This document shows, piece by piece, positions 48,635 to 58,152 of a stretch of 64,000 nt of DNA (position 1 is its first letter; every line of letters begins with the position of its first letter). The stretch is from an uncultured Actinomycetes bacterium (GTDB taxonomy: Bacteria; Actinomycetota; Thermoleophilia; UBA2241), in contig CAVYCN010000003.1 in the NCBI GenBank assembly GCA_963767005.1, positions 352,001-416,000 of the forward strand, given 5' to 3'. The translations under genes and the position numbers were made by a program. The notes beneath the pieces were generated by a model. That model had not been told where the DNA came from and ran no database searches. It saw nothing but the letters and a program-made list of their open reading frames with translations.

Positions 48635-48743
48635 GTCGCCGTCGGGGGCAGGAGCGACCGGCATGCCGGTCGAGGGTCTCGCGGTCCCGACGGTCCGATC
48701 AGGCCGACGGACGGCGTGCGCGCCGCCCGCACGAGGGGGGCAC

Positions 48744-50195
48744 ATGACGGAGACAGACCTGCACGCGCACACCGACCTGCGCGCGCGATCCGACCTGCAC
48801 TACCTGACGGCCACCGGCGCGCTCGCGGCTTTTGCGGCCCGCACGCTCTCGCCGGTCGAGCTCATGGAGGCGACGATCGCCCGCGTCGAGGACGTCGACG
48901 GCGTCGTGAACGCGCTGCCCATCCGCTTGTTCGACGAAGCCCTCGTCGCGGCCCGCGCGGCAGAGGAGCGCTACGCCGGCCGGCACGGCGGCCCGCGCCC
49001 GCTCGAGGGCCTGCCGATCGCGGTCAAGGACGAGGTCGAGGTGGCCGGCCAGCCCTGCACCGCCGGCTCGCTCGTCTTCAAGGACGAGGTGCCCGACGTG
49101 ACCGCCGCCAGCGTGCAGCGCGTGATCGACGCCGGCGCTATCATCCACGCACGCTCGGCCACCCCGGAGTTCTGCTGCGCCGCCGTGACCGAGTCGCGCC
49201 TCTGGGGCATCACGCGCAACCCCTGGAACCCGGACTACAGCCCCGGCGGCTCGTCGGGCGGCTCCGGCGCCGCGCTTGCGGCCGGCATGGCGAGCCTCGC
49301 CACCGGCTCCGACATCGGCGGCTCGATCCGCATCCCCGCGGCGTTCTGCGGCGTCGTGGGCTTCAAGCCGCCATACGGCCGGATCCCGCAGATGCCGCCC
49401 TTCAACCTCGACACCTACTGTCACGAAGGGCCGATGGCGCGCACCGTCGAGGACTGCCGCCTGCTCGAGAACGTCATGGCCGGGCCACACCCCGAGGACA
49501 TCGTCTCGCTGCGCCCCAAGCTGACCATCCCCGCCGAGCTGCCGCCCGTGTCGGGGCTGAAGATCGCCTGCAGCATCGACCTCGGTGGCTTCGACGTCGG
49601 CGCCGAGGTCGTCGCCGCCGTGCGCGCGGCGGCCGAGACGTTCCGCTCGCTGGGCGCGACCGTCGACGACGTCACGCCGGGCTGGTCGCTCGACGACATG
49701 CGCGAGGGCGCCCGCGCCCACCTGGGCGCGATCTTCGGTAGCTGGATCGGCGAGGTCGTCGCCGAGTACCGCGACCTGCTGACCGACTACGCGCTCGCCT
49801 TCGCCGACGACGCGGTCAACCGGCCGACCGTCTCGTGGCTGCGCTCGCTCGAGATCGAGGGCGACGCCTACGACCACCTGGCGCCCATCCTGGAGACCCA
49901 CGATCTGCTGATCTGCCCGACGTTCGTCGAGCCGGCGCTCAGGGCGGGCGTGCCCCACGGCGTCGATGACCTCTTCACCGAGTCGCTGACGTTCCCGTTC
50001 AACATGCTGAGCCGCTGCCCGGTGCTGGTCGTGCCGGCCGGGCGCGCGGCCAACGACGTGCCGATCGGCCTGCAGATCGTGGGCCGCACCTACGACGACA
50101 CCACCGTGTTCGCCGCGGCGGCCGCCTTCGAGCGGGCTCACCCCTGGTACGAGACGATCGCGGACCGGCCCGAGTGGCCGAGGAGGACGTCATGA
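48744..50195 (+). CDS. Amidase (amidase signature family)
   Basis: LEGLPIAVKD, NPWN...PGGSSGGS, GSDIGGSIRIPA. Confidence 0.94.
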   Translation: MTETDLHAHTDLRARSDLHYLTATGALAAFAARTLSPVELMEATIARVEDVDGVVNALPIRLFDEALVAARAAEERYAGRHGGPRPLEGLPIAVKDEVEVAGQPCTAGSLVFKDEVPDVTAASVQRVIDAGAIIHARSATPEFCCAAVTESRLWGITRNPWNPDYSPGGSSGGSGAALAAGMASLATGSDIGGSIRIPAAFCGVVGFKPPYGRIPQMPPFNLDTYCHEGPMARTVEDCRLLENVMAGPHPEDIVSLRPKLTIPAELPPVSGLKIACSIDLGGFDVGAEVVAAVRAAAETFRSLGATVDDVTPGWSLDDMREGARAHLGAIFGSWIGEVVAEYRDLLTDYALAFADDAVNRPTVSWLRSLEIEGDAYDHLAPILETHDLLICPTFVEPALRAGVPHGVDDLFTESLTFPFNMLSRCPVLVVPAGRAANDVPIGLQIVGRTYDDTTVFAAAAAFERAHPWYETIADRPEWPRRTS

Positions 50196-52039
50196 AACGC
50201 ATGCCCACCACCCGCCGGCTCCTGCTCACCGTCGCCCTGCTGCTCGCGGCCGGCCTGGTCTGGGGCCTCGCCGGCGCCCTGGCGTCGAGCTCGTCGCCCT
50301 CGCCCGCATCGCACAAGGTGGTCCTTCGCCTGGGCTGGATCGCGGAGCCTGACAACCTGAACCCGTTCGTCGGCTGGGCCACCACGACCTACGAGATCTG
50401 GACCGTGAACTACAACTTCCTGTTCGGCTTCGACAGCCAGAGCATGAAGCCGACACTCAGCCTCGCCGCGCAGTTCCCGACCAAGGCCAACGGCGGCATC
50501 TCGGCCGACGGCAAGGTCTGGACGATCCACATCCGCCCCAACGTCAAGTGGTCCGACGGCCAGCCCCTCACGGCGGCCGACGTCGCCTTCACCTACAACT
50601 ACATCGTCAAGAACCACATGGCCAACATGGCGCTCACGACGACGGGCATCGCGAGCGCCAAGGAGATCGACCCGACCACCGTGCAGATCGTCTGCTCGGA
50701 GCCCAAGGCCAACATGGAGGCGATCTTCCTGCCGATCCTGCCCAAGCACGTCTGGGAGCACGTGTCGCCGCAGGCGGCCGGCACCACCTACTCCGAGATG
50801 CCGATCGTCGGCAGCGGTCCCTTCTACACCGTAGCCTTCAAGAAGGGCTCCTACGTCGAGATGAAGCGCAACCCCTACTACTGGGGCACCCGGCCGACCG
50901 TCGACGAGATCTACTTCGAGATGTACCAGGACCCCGCCACCATGGTGCAGGACCTGAAGTCGGGCGCGATCGACGGCGCCTGGGGCATCCCGGAGGCGCA
51001 GTTCAAGCAGCTCCAGGCCGGGTCCCCGAGCACGTCGGGCATCCACACGCTCGCCTACAACTTCTTCAACTGGGACTACCTCGACTGCAACTGCTCGACG
51101 TCGTCCGCCTCGACCGGCAACCCAGTGCTGCGTGACGCGCGGTTCCGCCAGGCCCTGAACTACGCGATCGACCGCAGCAAGCTCTGCGCCGTCGCCTACG
51201 ACGGCCTGGCCGCGCCGGCCACGACCATCATGCCGCCCGACACGTGGTCCGACCCCGACTACCACTGGCAGCCGCCGGCCGACCAGGCCTACACCTTCGA
51301 CCAAGCCAAGGCGAACCAGCTGCTCGACGCCGCCGGCTACAAACGCGGCGCGAACGGTCTGCGGCTCTACAAGGGCAAGCCGATCGTCCTGCGCCTGGCC
51401 ACGACGACCGACTTCCCCGAGGGCCAGACCGAGGCCAAGCTCATCGCCGGCTGGTTCGACAAGCTCGGCCTCAAGGCCAACATCTCGGTGCTCGACACCG
51501 GCGCCCTGCTGGCCCGCGTGTTCAACTTCAAGGGCGCCACGTTCGCGCCCGACTTCGACTTCTACCTCTCCGACTGGGCCGGCTACGGCGATCCCGGCGA
51601 GACCCTCACGTCGTTCACGGCGGCCGAGATCGGCGCCACCAACGAGCCGGCCTGGTCCGACCCGGCGTTCGACAAGCTGAACGCGCAACAGTCGGCCGCG
51701 CTCGACCCGACCACGCGTCAGCAGCTCATCTGGCGGATGCAGCAGATCTTCTACCAGCAGTCGCCGCAGATCGTGCTCGTCTACCCCGAGTACCTCGAGG
51801 CCTACAACACGTCGCGCTGGACCGGCTGGACGCCGATGTTCCACGGCCGCGGTCCGGCCTGGATGACGACCGCGACCACCGAGTCGTACGTCAACCTCAA
51901 GCCGGTCACGGGCAAGGCCGGTAGCAGCGGGAGCGGCACCAGGACGATCCTCATCGTCGTGGTGGCCGCCGTCGTCGTCGCCATCCTGGCGATCGTCGCC
52001 CTGACGCGCCGTCGCCGCACCCAGGAGGTCGAGGCCTGA
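50192..52039 (+). CDS. ABC peptide/nickel-type (family 5) substrate-binding protein with a C-terminal TM anchor
   Basis: Signal peptide, WSDGQPLTAADVAFT, GSGPFY, RQALNYAIDR, LLDAAGY; C-terminal hydrophobic helix followed by RRRR. Confidence 0.92.
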   Translation: MKRMPTTRRLLLTVALLLAAGLVWGLAGALASSSSPSPASHKVVLRLGWIAEPDNLNPFVGWATTTYEIWTVNYNFLFGFDSQSMKPTLSLAAQFPTKANGGISADGKVWTIHIRPNVKWSDGQPLTAADVAFTYNYIVKNHMANMALTTTGIASAKEIDPTTVQIVCSEPKANMEAIFLPILPKHVWEHVSPQAAGTTYSEMPIVGSGPFYTVAFKKGSYVEMKRNPYYWGTRPTVDEIYFEMYQDPATMVQDLKSGAIDGAWGIPEAQFKQLQAGSPSTSGIHTLAYNFFNWDYLDCNCSTSSASTGNPVLRDARFRQALNYAIDRSKLCAVAYDGLAAPATTIMPPDTWSDPDYHWQPPADQAYTFDQAKANQLLDAAGYKRGANGLRLYKGKPIVLRLATTTDFPEGQTEAKLIAGWFDKLGLKANISVLDTGALLARVFNFKGATFAPDFDFYLSDWAGYGDPGETLTSFTAAEIGATNEPAWSDPAFDKLNAQQSAALDPTTRQQLIWRMQQIFYQQSPQIVLVYPEYLEAYNTSRWTGWTPMFHGRGPAWMTTATTESYVNLKPVTGKAGSSGSGTRTILIVVVAAVVVAILAIVALTRRRRTQEVEA

Positions 52040-52070
52040 TCGTCTGACGGCCTGACCCGGGCGGAAAGCC

Positions 52071-52112
52071 GCGGCGCGGGGCCGGCGCCTGGTGGCGCCG
52101 GCCCCGCGCCGC
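52071..52112 (+). terminator. 19-bp perfect GC hairpin after the SBP gene
   Basis: gcggcgcggggccggcgcc-tggt-ggcgccggccccgcgccgc. Confidence 0.65.
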
Positions 52113-52306
52113 GCCCGTTTCGGCCTGCCTTCTCGCCGGACGGCGCGACAGGGGCGTGCGTCACGGGAGCGGCCCCGCCTCCCTTCCCTCGCCCCCGGCG
52201 GCGCGCGTAGACTGCGGGGCGACAGTCCGACGCGCCCGCCGCCGGCGTGCCCCCGCTCCGACAGCACGCCGCCGGTACCCGCGTCTTCGACCCGCAAGGA
52301 GGCTAC

Positions 52307-53623
52307 ATGCGCGTACTGGTTGTCGGCGGCGGCGGTCGCGAGCACGCCCTGGTCCACGCTTTCTGCGCCTCGCCGCTGGCCACGCAGGTGTTCTGCGCCC
52401 CGGGCAACGCCGGCATCGACCAGGAGGCCGACCCCGTCGCGCTCGACGGTGGCGACCTCGAGGGCCTGCTCGCCTTCGCCCGGCGCGAGAAGATCGACCT
52501 GACGGTCGTCGGGCCCGAGGCGCCGCTCGTCGCCGGCATCGCCGACCTGTTCGCCGAGCACGGCCTGCTCGTCTTTGGCCCCACCCGCGAGGCGGCGCGC
52601 CTCGAGGGCAGCAAGGTCTTCGCCAAAGAGGTCATGGCCGACGCCGGCGTGGCCAGCGGCCGCTACCGCCGCCACGACGACCTGAGCGCCGCCCTGCGCG
52701 ACGTCGCCTCGCAGGACGTCTGGCCGCTCGTGGTCAAAGCCGACGGCCTGGCCGCCGGCAAGGGCGTGATCATCTGCAACGATTGCGGAGAGGCCGAGGC
52801 GGCCGTGCGGCTCTGCCTGGCCGAACGCGCCTTCGGCGAGGCCGGCGACGCCGTGCTGCTCGAGGAGCACCTGAGCGGCCCCGAGGTCTCGCTGCTCGCC
52901 CTCTGCGACGGCACCAGCGTGGTGCCGATGGCGCCGGCCCAGGACTACAAGCGCATCTTCGCCGGCGACCAGGGACCCAACACCGGCGGCATGGGCAGCT
53001 ACTGTCCCGTGCCCGGCTTCACGCCCGACGTGGCCGAGACGGTGGCCGAGGACCTCTTCCGGCCGGTGCTCGAGGCGCTCAAGCGACGCGGCGTCGACTA
53101 TCGCGGCGTGCTCTACGGCGGCCTGATCGTGACCGACCACGGCGTCAAGCTGCTCGAGTTCAACTGTCGCTTCGGCGACCCCGAGACGCAGGCGATCCTG
53201 CCGCGGCTCGAATCCGACCTGCTCGAAGCCTGCCTGGCGACCGCCCGCGGCGAGCTCGACCCGGCGATGCTGCGTTTCAGGCCGGAAGCGTGCGTGTCGA
53301 TCGTCATGGCCTCGCGCGGCTACCCGGCCTCGAGCTCGAAGGGCGACGTCATCACCGGCCTCTCCGAAGCGGCGGCGCTGCCCGACGTGACGATCTACCA
53401 CGCGGCTACCGCGGTGCGCGGCAACGACATCGTCACCGCGGGGGGTCGCGTGCTGGCCGTGAGCGGCCTGGGCGAGCACTTCGCCGCGGCGCGCGAGCGC
53501 GCCTACGGCGCGCTCGCGCGCATCTCGTTCGCGGGCATGCAGTCGCGTCGCGACATCGCCGAGCGGGCCGTGCGCGCCGAGGCCGGCGAGATCGCGCTCT
53601 TCCCGGCGACGTGGGCTCGCTGA
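52307..53623 (+). CDS. purD: Phosphoribosylamine-glycine ligase
   Basis: VGGGGREHAL, APGNAG, VGPEAPL, KADGLAAGKGV, GPNTGGMG, EFNCRFGDPE, GGRVL. Confidence 0.98.
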   Translation: MRVLVVGGGGREHALVHAFCASPLATQVFCAPGNAGIDQEADPVALDGGDLEGLLAFARREKIDLTVVGPEAPLVAGIADLFAEHGLLVFGPTREAARLEGSKVFAKEVMADAGVASGRYRRHDDLSAALRDVASQDVWPLVVKADGLAAGKGVIICNDCGEAEAAVRLCLAERAFGEAGDAVLLEEHLSGPEVSLLALCDGTSVVPMAPAQDYKRIFAGDQGPNTGGMGSYCPVPGFTPDVAETVAEDLFRPVLEALKRRGVDYRGVLYGGLIVTDHGVKLLEFNCRFGDPETQAILPRLESDLLEACLATARGELDPAMLRFRPEACVSIVMASRGYPASSSKGDVITGLSEAAALPDVTIYHAATAVRGNDIVTAGGRVLAVSGLGEHFAAARERAYGALARISFAGMQSRRDIAERAVRAEAGEIALFPATWAR

Positions 53624-53766
53624 CGCCGGCCCGACGCGCGCGACTCGCGGTGCGGGCCCGGCCGGAGGGTTCTGGTCGGCGGGTCCTCGCTGGGGGTAAG
53701 CTTCGCCGCAGGTCCGCCCGCACACCCTGACACCCGCACAGCCTGAACGGCCCGAAGGGAGAGGCA

Positions 53767-54216
53767 GTGGAAAAGACGAGTACCGAGGTCGAGACGCTGC
53801 TGGTCGGCATCGAGTTCGAGCCGGTGCTCGTCGGCATCGTCATGGGCAGCGAGTCGGACCGCGAGGTGATGGAGGCGGCCGGGCGCGAGCTCGACGACCG
53901 GCGCATCCGCCACGAGATCAACGTCATGTCCGCGCATCGCGACCCCGAGAAGGTGGCGCACTACGCCCGCACCGCCCAGGCCCGCGGCCTCAAGGTGCTG
54001 ATCGCCGGCGCCGGCAAGGCGGCCGCGCTGCCCGGGGTGATCGCCTCGTACACCAACCTGCCGGTGATCGGCGTGCCCATCAAGACGAGCGACCTCGGCG
54101 GCCTCGATTCGCTGCTCTCGATCGTGCAGATGCCGCCCGGCGTGCCGGTCGCCTGCGTGGCGATCAACGGCGCCCGCAATGCCGCGATCCTGGCCGCCCG
54201 CATCCTCGACGTCTGA
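53767..54216 (+). CDS. purE: N5-CAIR mutase
   Basis: [49 protein letters not shown]. Confidence 0.96.
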   Translation: MEKTSTEVETLLVGIEFEPVLVGIVMGSESDREVMEAAGRELDDRRIRHEINVMSAHRDPEKVAHYARTAQARGLKVLIAGAGKAAALPGVIASYTNLPVIGVPIKTSDLGGLDSLLSIVQMPPGVPVACVAINGARNAAILAARILDV

Positions 54217-54231
54217 AGGGCAGGTCGCCGC

Positions 54232-54378
54232 GTGACACCCGACGACAGGGAGCCCGGCCGCCGCAGGCCGTCCATGCCGCCCGACCAGGGCCGCCAGGTC
54301 CTGGTCCTGGCGATCAGCGGCCTCAGCATCGTGGTCGCGCTCGCGTTGATCGCGCTGCTGCTGCACTTCGCCGGCTGA
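54232..54378 (+). CDS. Small (48 aa) single-TM protein
   Basis: Hand-translated: VTPDDREPGRRRPSMPPDQGRQVLVLAISGLSIVVALALIALLLHFAG; fills the purE-ridA gap. Confidence 0.55.
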   Translation: MTPDDREPGRRRPSMPPDQGRQVLVLAISGLSIVVALALIALLLHFAG

Positions 54379-54414
54379 CGCCGGGCGACCCCCCCCGAGT
54401 CAAGGAGCCCCGAG

Positions 54415-54795
54415 ATGATCAAGCAGACCGTGTCGTCGCCGGCCGCGGCCCCGGCGATCGGCCCCTACTCGCCGGCCGTGCAGACCGAGACGCTCGTGTT
54501 CTTCTCGGGCCAGGTGCCGTTCGACGCGACCGGCGCGGTCGTCGGCGAGACGGCCGCCGAGCAGGCCCGCCAGGCGCTCACCAACCTGGGGCACCTCCTC
54601 GAGGCCGCCGCCATGACGAGCCACGCGATCGTCAAGACGACCATCTTCCTCACCGACATGAACGACTTCGCCGCCGTCAACGACGTCTATGCCGAGTTCT
54701 TCGAGAAGCCGTATCCGGCGCGCTCGACCGTGGCCGTCGCCGCCCTGCCCAAGGGCGTGCGCGTCGAGATCGAAGCGGTGGCGATGCGGGAGTGA
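54415..54795 (+). CDS. ridA: RidA/YjgF reactive intermediate deaminase
   Basis: AIGPYSPA, SGQV, KTTIFL.DM.DF..VN.VY..FF..PYPARS.V.V..LP.GV.VEIE. Confidence 0.92.
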   Translation: MIKQTVSSPAAAPAIGPYSPAVQTETLVFFSGQVPFDATGAVVGETAAEQARQALTNLGHLLEAAAMTSHAIVKTTIFLTDMNDFAAVNDVYAEFFEKPYPARSTVAVAALPKGVRVEIEAVAMRE

Positions 54796-54802
54796 CCGCG
54801 TC

Positions 54803-55318
54803 GTGAGCGAACGCCGTCCGGCTCGCACGATCTACCGCTCGGCGGCGGGCGCGGCCGCCGGCGCGCCCGCCGCCGGCGCTCCCGCCGCCAAGCGCAGCCG
54901 CGGTCGGCTGCGCGACGCCTGGTGGCTCGCCCCCGCCCTCGCGCTGCTCGCCCTAGCGGCGGTCTTCGTCACGATCGCGTTCTTCCTGCTGGGCGGCGTC
55001 GGGCTGCTCGAGTACGTCGGCATCACGACGTCGGGCCGCACGTACGTCGGCACCTGGGGGTCGTCCGACCCGACTCTGAGCACCGCCGCGGTGCAGATCG
55101 CCAGGAGCGGCGACGCGTACACGATCAGCGGCCTTCGCGAGACCGGCGCCCAGACGGTCAGCGGCCGCGTGAGCGACGACGCGCTGGTGGCCACCGGCAC
55201 GAGCGGCGACGTGTCGTGGCGGCTGTCCCTCTCGTTCGCCAATCGCGATCAGCTGCACGCCGACCTCACCTGGAGCGATGGGCGCACGCCCCTCGCGGCG
55301 CTGCTGACCCGGCGCTGA
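54803..55318 (+). CDS. Hypothetical membrane-anchored protein
   Basis: One TM segment followed by a beta-rich extracytoplasmic domain; GTG start inferred. Confidence 0.65.
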   Translation: MSERRPARTIYRSAAGAAAGAPAAGAPAAKRSRGRLRDAWWLAPALALLALAAVFVTIAFFLLGGVGLLEYVGITTSGRTYVGTWGSSDPTLSTAAVQIARSGDAYTISGLRETGAQTVSGRVSDDALVATGTSGDVSWRLSLSFANRDQLHADLTWSDGRTPLAALLTRR

Positions 55319-55387
55319 CCTCGCCGGGGGCTGCCCGTTTCTGAGAGAATCTGACCGTCTTCGACGGCCGCGACGGAGGGGCTCCCC

Positions 55388-56689
55388 ATGATCGACCGCT
55401 ACACCCTGCCCGAGATGGGCGCCATCTGGACGGAGCAGGCCAAGCTCCAGACCTGGCTCGAGGTCGAGCTGGCCGCCGTACGCGCCTGGAACCGCCTGGG
55501 CAAGGTGCCCGACGAGGCCGTGGCCGAGATCGAGGCCAAGGCCGCCTTCGACGCGGCCCGGGTGGCCGAGATCGAGCAGACCACCAACCACGACGTCATC
55601 GCCTTCCTGACCAACGTGGCCGAGTACGTCGGCGACGCCTCGAAGTACATCCACTACGGCATGACGAGCTCCGACATGCTCGACACCGGCCTCGCCCTGC
55701 AGATCAAGCGCGCCGGCGAGCTCCTGCAGCGCGACCTCGTCGCCCTCGGCGAGGTGCTCAAGCGACGCGCTTTCGAGTTTCGCGACACGGTGCAGGTGGG
55801 CCGCACGCACGGCGTCCACGCCGAGCCCATCACCTTCGGCATGAAGCTCGGCATGTGGGCCTTCGAGGTGGCGCGCCACCTCGACCGCCTGCGGCGCGTC
55901 ACCGACGGCGCCGCCGTGGGCAAGCTGAGCGGCGCCGTCGGCGCCTACAACAACATCGACCCGCGCGTCGAGGAGCTCGTCTGCGCCGAGCTCGGCCTCG
56001 GCTTCGAGCCGATCGCCAACCAGGTGGTGCAGCGCGACCGTCACGCCGCCTTCCTCGCGGCCCTGGCCATCGTCGGCTCATCGATCGAGAAGTTCACGGT
56101 CGAGGTGCGGCACCTGCAGCGCACCGAGGTGCGCGAGGCCGAGGAGGCGTTCGGCAAGGGCCAGAAGGGCTCGTCGGCCATGCCCCACAAACGCAACCCG
56201 ATCCTCTCCGAGCGCATGGCCGGCTGCGCCCGCGTGTTGCGGGGCAACGCCGTCGTGGGCATGGAGGACGTAGCGCTGTGGCACGAACGTGATATCTCGC
56301 ACAGCTCGGCGGAGCGGATCGTCTTTCCCGACTCGTGCATCCTGCTCGACTACATGCTGCGCAAGACGACGAAGCTGCTCGACACCCTGGTGGTCGACGA
56401 GGCCCGCATGCTGGCCAACCTCTCGGCCTCGCAGCGCCTCGTGTTCAGCGGGGCGGTGCTGCTCGCGCTCGTCGACCGCGGCATGCTGCGCGACGACGCC
56501 TACCGGGTCGTGCAGGACGCGGCCATGCGCGCCTGGCGCGAGGACGTCGACTTCGGCGACCTGATCAAGACCTCGCCCGAAGCCGCGGCCGTGCTGTCGC
56601 CGGCCGAGGTCGACGCGGCGATGGACCCCGACCAGTACCGGGCCGGGCGCGACGTGATCTTCGCCCGGCTCGAGGCCCTTTCGTTCTGA
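55388..56689 (+). CDS. purB: Adenylosuccinate lyase
   Basis: MIDRY, HDVIAF, HYGMTSSD, GRTHGVHAEP, GSSAMPHKRNP, WHERDISHSS.ER. Confidence 0.99.
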   Translation: MIDRYTLPEMGAIWTEQAKLQTWLEVELAAVRAWNRLGKVPDEAVAEIEAKAAFDAARVAEIEQTTNHDVIAFLTNVAEYVGDASKYIHYGMTSSDMLDTGLALQIKRAGELLQRDLVALGEVLKRRAFEFRDTVQVGRTHGVHAEPITFGMKLGMWAFEVARHLDRLRRVTDGAAVGKLSGAVGAYNNIDPRVEELVCAELGLGFEPIANQVVQRDRHAAFLAALAIVGSSIEKFTVEVRHLQRTEVREAEEAFGKGQKGSSAMPHKRNPILSERMAGCARVLRGNAVVGMEDVALWHERDISHSSAERIVFPDSCILLDYMLRKTTKLLDTLVVDEARMLANLSASQRLVFSGAVLLALVDRGMLRDDAYRVVQDAAMRAWREDVDFGDLIKTSPEAAAVLSPAEVDAAMDPDQYRAGRDVIFARLEALSF

Positions 56690-57654
56690 TGCGGGCGGTC
56701 CGCGTCCACGCCTTCGGCGGGCCCGAGGAGCTGCGGCTCGACGAGGTCCCCGACCCCCGCCCGCCGGCGCCGGGCGAGGTGCTGGTGCGGCTGCGAGCCG
56801 CCGGCGTGAACCCGGTCGAGACCTACGTGCGTGCCGGCCAGTACGCGCGCCTACCCGATCTGCCCTACACACCGGGCACCGACGGCGCCGGCCTGGTCGA
56901 GGCCGTCGGCGACCCGGCGAGCACGCTGCGGCCGGGCGACCGCGTCTACACGTCGGGCTCGGTCAGCGGCACGTACGCCGAGGCGGCGCTGTGCCCCGCC
57001 GGCCACGTGCACCCGCTGCCGGACGGGGCCGGCTTCTCCGCGGGCGCCGCGCTCGGCGTGCCGTACGCGACGGCGTACCGGGCGCTGTTCCAGCGCGGCG
57101 ACTTGCGCGCGGGCGAGCTTGTGCTGGTGCAGGGCGCGAGCGGCGGCGTCGGCCTGGCCGCCGTGCAGCTCGCCGCCGCCGCCGGCCACGACGTGCACGG
57201 GACGGCCGGCTCGGAGGCGGGCCTGCGACTCGTCGCCGCGCAGGGCGCGCGGCTCGTCGTCGACCATCGCGCGGCGGGCCACGTCGACGAGCTGCGCGCG
57301 GCGACGGGCGGCCGCGGCTACGACCTGATCGTCGAGATGGCCGCCCACGCCGCGCTGCCCGCCGACCTCGGGCTGCTCGCCGCACACGGCCGCGTGATCG
57401 TCGTCGGCAGCCGTGGACCGGTCGAGATCGCGCCTCGTGACCTCATGAGCCGCGACGCCGACCTGCGCGGCCTGCTGCTCTGGAACGTCGCCCCCGACGA
57501 GCTCGCCGAGATCCACGCGGCGCTATACGAGGGGCTGGCCGCGGGTCGTCTGCGGCCGGTCGTAGCCCGCGAGCTGCCCCTCGCCGAGGCGCCCGAAGCC
57601 CACCGGGCGATCATCGCGGGCCCGGCGGCCGGCAAGATCGTGCTGCTGCCCTGA
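56689..57654 (+). CDS. NADPH:quinone reductase (zeta-crystallin/MDR family)
   Basis: MRAVRVHAFGGPE, GVNPVE, PYTPG.DGAG, GASGGVG, GKIVL; TGATG coupling. Confidence 0.92.
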   Translation: MRAVRVHAFGGPEELRLDEVPDPRPPAPGEVLVRLRAAGVNPVETYVRAGQYARLPDLPYTPGTDGAGLVEAVGDPASTLRPGDRVYTSGSVSGTYAEAALCPAGHVHPLPDGAGFSAGAALGVPYATAYRALFQRGDLRAGELVLVQGASGGVGLAAVQLAAAAGHDVHGTAGSEAGLRLVAAQGARLVVDHRAAGHVDELRAATGGRGYDLIVEMAAHAALPADLGLLAAHGRVIVVGSRGPVEIAPRDLMSRDADLRGLLLWNVAPDELAEIHAALYEGLAAGRLRPVVARELPLAEAPEAHRAIIAGPAAGKIVLLP

Positions 57655-57724
57655 ACGGCAGCGCCTGTGAGCGGCGCCGAGCCTTGGTCGCCGCTTCAGG
57701 CTTGCGCGACGACGTCGTGCGCGC

Positions 57725-57892
57725 TTACTCCTCGTCGAGCGGCTCGAACATGTCGACGCCCGCGCCACAGTCGGGGCAGATCCAGTCGTCGGGCAGGTCC
57801 TCGAACGCCGTGCCCGGCGCAACGCCGTTGTCGGGATCGCCGACCGCGGGATCGTAGACCCAATCGCATAGCGTGCAGACGTACTTCTGCAT
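57725..57892 (-). CDS. Rubredoxin
   Basis: Hand-translated (not in the ORF track): [55 protein letters not shown]; AAGGAG SD. Confidence 0.97.
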   Translation of the reverse strand: MQKYVCTLCDWVYDPAVGDPDNGVAPGTAFEDLPDDWICPDCGAGVDMFEPLDEE

Positions 57893-58098
57893 GGGGTTGA
57901 CTCCTTCGCAGCGGTTCGCGGCGACCCGCGACGCGCCGGTCGATGGCCGGCGACGGGCGCGGATCGTCTCGCCTCTCGAGAGCTAGTACAGCGGGTGGAG
58001 ATGCGGCCCGTCAAGGCCGGCCGCGCGCCGGCGCCGCGGCCGATCGCGACGGTGTGCCGCGCTGATCGTCCGGGCGGGCGGCGACGCGAGGCGGGCGG

Positions 58099-58134
58099 GG
58101 CGGGCGGGGCGGCCGGCCGGCCGCCCCGCCCGCC
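58099..58134. terminator. Perfect 36-bp GC palindrome downstream of the APC permease
   Basis: ggcgggcggggcggccgg|ccggccgccccgcccgcc. Confidence 0.6.
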
Positions 58135-58152
58135 TGTCTCGCCGGCCGTACG

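Noticed and set aside
52200-52306. ZMP/ZTP or purine riboswitch before purD (also checked purE, purC, purA, purB)
   Set aside because: No recognisable pfl or purine aptamer consensus.
50138-53725. Long antisense ORFs (e.g. 1195 aa here, 3520-5898, 18519-20951, 34740-37106)
   Set aside because: Shadow frames of well-supported genes on the opposite strand, with no recognisable motifs.
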